A stretch of DNA of 64,000 nt. Origin: an uncultured Actinomycetes bacterium (GTDB lineage Bacteria > Actinomycetota > Acidimicrobiia > IMCC26256 > PALSA-555). Within the stretch, counting starts at the first letter, position 1, and each line of letters opens with the position of its first letter. The stretch covers positions 96,174 to 160,173 of the forward strand of contig CAVSWH010000023.1 in NCBI GenBank assembly GCA_963731625.1, given 5' to 3'. Positions 62,061 through 64,000 of this stretch are shown here, in pieces. The position numbers were made by a program, and so were the translations under genes. The notes below the pieces were generated by a model. The model had not been told where the DNA came from, did not search any database, and was given only the letters and a program-made list of their open reading frames with translations.

Positions 62061-62537
62061 TCAGGTGGGTCGGACCGCTTGCGTGATGCCGACGGGCGCG
62101 AGCGTCGCGTACTTCACGACGTCACCCGGCGTCGTCGCGTGCACCATGAGCCCGTTGCCGACGTAGAGCCCGACGTGCTGGTTCGGGTCGGCGGGGAACA
62201 CGAGGTCGCCCGGCTCGAGCTGGGTCAGCGCCACCTTCGGGAACATCGCGTACTGCGCGCCGCTGAAATGGGGGAGCGAGAGCCCGCCGGCGGCCCAGGC
62301 CATCATCGTGAGGCCCGAGCAGTCGAAGCAGCTCGGCCCGGTCCCCGCGTAGCAGTAGGGCTTCCCGACCTGCGCCTCGGCGTACGCGACAGCGGCCGCG
62401 GCCTGCGGGCTCGGCGGGGGCGGCGGCCCGCCCGGCGCCGGGGCGACGCACGCCGCGGCACCGAGCCCGAACGCGAGCACCAGCGTGACGATCGCCAGGC
62501 GGCGGCCGGCCCGGGCGGCGAGTAGGGAAGTCAGCAT
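62061..62537 (-). CDS. NlpC/P60 family peptidoglycan endopeptidase
   Basis: ATG at 62535-62537 (GAGGG 8 nt upstream). Signal peptide with a possible lipobox (LGAAAC). Catalytic Cys context is FDCSGLTMMAW; His context is HVGLYVGNGLMVHA. Confidence 0.88.
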   Translation of the reverse strand: MLTSLLAARAGRRLAIVTLVLAFGLGAAACVAPAPGGPPPPPSPQAAAAVAYAEAQVGKPYCYAGTGPSCFDCSGLTMMAWAAGGLSLPHFSGAQYAMFPKVALTQLEPGDLVFPADPNQHVGLYVGNGLMVHATTPGDVVKYATLAPVGITQAVRPT

Positions 62538-62727
62538 GTCGGGAACCCTCAGCGAACGCGAACGTTCTGTCTCCGCCTGCCCCACTGCCGGTATCGGCCG
62601 GCCCAGGAGGTGACCTGAGCCACGATCGGGGTCGGGTGGCACACGCGCCGCCCGCGGCCGTTACCGTTGGCCCCTTCGCTGCCTGTCCGCCCCGCATCCG
62701 CCCGGCGGCTGGCGCAGGGAGGCCCGG
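62538..62727 (-). promoter_or_regulatory. long GC-rich leader upstream of the NlpC/P60 gene; candidate cis-regulatory RNA (possibly c-di-AMP/ydaO-type riboswitch)
   Basis: 190-nt non-coding gap. The minus-strand RNA contains GCGGGGCGGAC, GAAGGGGCCAAC and CCCGACCCCGAUCGUGGCUCAGGUCACCUCCUGGGC. These loosely resemble the conserved ydaO blocks (GGGGACCCA, GGGGUGAAUC, CCCGACAGCUAACCUCG) as I recall them. Not verified. Confidence 0.25.
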
Positions 62728-63570
62728 ATGCCGCCGAACCCGCCCCCGGACGAACCGGACGAAGCCGCCCGGTCGTTCGGCCCGGCGCGGCCCAAGCGGC
62801 TCGAGCCGCCGCCGCCCATCCAGCACCCCGGCCTCGCGAAGGCGCACCCCGACGCCCCGCCCGAGGAGGTGGCACGCCACTCGGGCGTGCGGATCCTGCA
62901 CCCCAACGCCGAGGCGAGCCCCGACGCCGAGGCGCCCGTCGCACCGGTCGCGCCCGTCCACGACGCCGAGCTCATCGACCTGCCCGTCGAGGGGGACGAC
63001 GACGCGGCGGCGACCACGCCCGTCGCGGCGCCCCCCGTCCCGGTCGTGGCGGCGACGGGCACCCGCGACAGCGTGCTCGGCGTCAACATCGACCGCGGCG
63101 TCGCCTTCTTCGCCGTCGTGGAGCCACCCGCGACGCCGCGGATGGATGCCATCGAGGAGCTCCGCCCCGACTGGGAGATGGACCCCCGCGAGATGGTCGC
63201 CGACTACGCGGAGCGCGCCACGTCGACGCTGCGGGATCTCGGCGTCGGCACGATCGCGCTCGTGCGGCCCGTGCGCTACACGAACTGGACGTACCGCAAC
63301 GCGTTCGAGCGGGTGTCGCTCGAGACCTGCTTCCTCCTCGCCGCGCACCGTCTCGACCTCGCGTACGACTCGGTCGGGACGAACCACGCGGCGAACACGG
63401 TCGGGCTCCCGATGAAGGGCTTGAGCGACACGCTGCGCACGAAGCTGCGCATCGAGCGCTCGGCCGGCTGGCCCGACCGGTGGCCGGCCCTTCTCGCGGC
63501 CGTCGCCGTGCTGCTGGAGCGCCAGCACATCGAGCTACGCGACTACGCCTGGCAGCGGCCCCGCGCCTGA
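62728..63570 (+). CDS. hypothetical protein (Pro-rich N-terminus, compact C-terminal domain)
   Basis: 280-aa ORF. The first roughly 110 aa are Pro/Ala/Glu-rich low-complexity sequence. The C-terminal roughly 165 aa (SVLGVNIDRGVAFFAVVE ... TIALVRPVRYTNWTYRNAFERVSLETCFLLAAH) look globular. Confidence 0.65.
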   Translation: MPPNPPPDEPDEAARSFGPARPKRLEPPPPIQHPGLAKAHPDAPPEEVARHSGVRILHPNAEASPDAEAPVAPVAPVHDAELIDLPVEGDDDAAATTPVAAPPVPVVAATGTRDSVLGVNIDRGVAFFAVVEPPATPRMDAIEELRPDWEMDPREMVADYAERATSTLRDLGVGTIALVRPVRYTNWTYRNAFERVSLETCFLLAAHRLDLAYDSVGTNHAANTVGLPMKGLSDTLRTKLRIERSAGWPDRWPALLAAVAVLLERQHIELRDYAWQRPRA

Positions 63571-63574
63571 GCGC

Positions 63575-64000
63575 TCAGCGGCGGATCGCGCCCTCGCCGA
63601 GCTGCTCGCGCAGCGCCACCTCGAAGTCGCGCACGGCCGGGCCGGCGTGACGCTCGCGCAACGAGACGAGCTGCGGGTAGCCGGCGTCGCGCTCGGCGTC
63701 CCACTCGTCGGCGAAACGCCCCGACTCAATGTCGTCGACGAGCGCGCGCATCTTCGAGGTGACGTCCACGTCGCTGTAGGCCTCGCGGCGGGTGAGCTGC
63801 CCGTACTGGCTCGTCGGCGAGTGGAACTCGAACTGCGCGGCGTAGCCGCCCTCCCGGACGAGGCGCATGGTGCGCTCCACCTCGCCGGAGAGCACGAGCT
63901 CGGTGATGACCGCCTCGAGCGGGATGCCCCGCTCGGTCATCACGCGCACGAACGCGTTGTTCACGAGGCCGAGCGCCGGGGAGAGCGCCTGCTCCACCGA
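63575..64000 (-). CDS. ketol-acid reductoisomerase family (IlvC-like) protein, C-terminal part (5' end beyond window)
   Basis: The ORF is open to the right window edge. EAVITELVLSGEVERTMRLVREGGYAAQFEFHSPTSQYGQ aligns by eye with the KARI knotted-domain block E..HELKLIVDLMYEGG...M..S.SDTAEFG. It is divergent from canonical IlvC. Confidence 0.7.
   Translation of the reverse strand, partial: SVEQALSPALGLVNNAFVRVMTERGIPLEAVITELVLSGEVERTMRLVREGGYAAQFEFHSPTSQYGQLTRREAYSDVDVTSKMRALVDDIESGRFADEWDAERDAGYPQLVSLRERHAGPAVRDFEVALREQLGEGAIRR

Noticed and set aside
1-64000. Search for mobile elements, prophage, integrative islands or known defence systems (transposase, integrase, recombinase, restriction/modification, toxin-antitoxin, Cas, nucleotide-cyclase effectors).
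   Set aside because: No ORF translation shows DDE/HUH transposase, tyrosine or serine recombinase, phage structural, REase/MTase-pair or Cas-like motifs. There is no extended low-GC tract and no flanking direct repeats. The methyltransferases present are small-molecule or protein-type class I enzymes without partner nucleases.
1-64000. Search for tRNA, rRNA, tmRNA or RNase P-like genes in the intergenic gaps.
   Set aside because: No gap contains a GTTCGAATC-type T-arm with a matching acceptor stem, or rRNA-like conserved blocks. Gaps over 100 nt (3266-3438, 7145-7355, 11319-11487, 12694-13040, 18230-18405, 37507-37925, 50031-50208, 52624-53137, 56738-56875, 62538-62727) look like promoter or leader regions.

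Overview
The window is a very GC-rich (by eye above 70% G+C, with codon third positions almost saturated with G/C), densely packed chromosomal segment typical of a high-GC Actinomycetota-type genome. I support about 65 protein-coding genes on both strands. Many are separated by only 0-60 nt, and several are coupled by overlapping stop/start codons (GTGA, ATGA, TGATG).

Content is mostly core and accessory metabolism plus cell-envelope functions:
- Housekeeping: TypA/BipA GTPase and a cold-shock protein.
- Carbohydrate enzymes: a GH65 phosphorylase with beta-phosphoglucomutase operon, and a GH3 beta-glucosidase.
- Sulfatases: two unrelated classes.
- Transport and regulation: a LysR regulator divergent from a P-type ATPase.
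- Other enzymes: PPK2, an HtrA-like protease, and an NlpC/P60 hydrolase.
- Redox: several F420/flavin-type oxidoreductases.
- Envelope glycosylation: five membrane glycosyltransferases (one GT2-GtrA fusion and four GT-C enzymes).

I found no rRNA, tRNA, CRISPR array, transposase, integrase or prophage genes, no clear low-GC island, and no recognisable defence island.

The observations I consider most worth follow-up are:
1. A secreted protein (60449-62014) whose His/Met motif pattern resembles the two-copper PHM/DBH monooxygenase fold, fused to an amicyanin-like blue-copper domain. It sits directly downstream of an NlpC/P60 gene that has a long structured leader.
2. A plant-type SABATH methyltransferase homolog.
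3. A ParB/Srx protein carrying a DGQHR motif, paired with a PhyH dioxygenase.
4. Two translationally coupled glycosyltransferase pairs.
5. A frameshifted CoA-transferase.
6. A prephenate-dehydrogenase-like gene whose Rossmann motif lies upstream of any canonical start codon.

All functional calls rest on motif recognition from the supplied translations and on memory of protein families. No searches were run.
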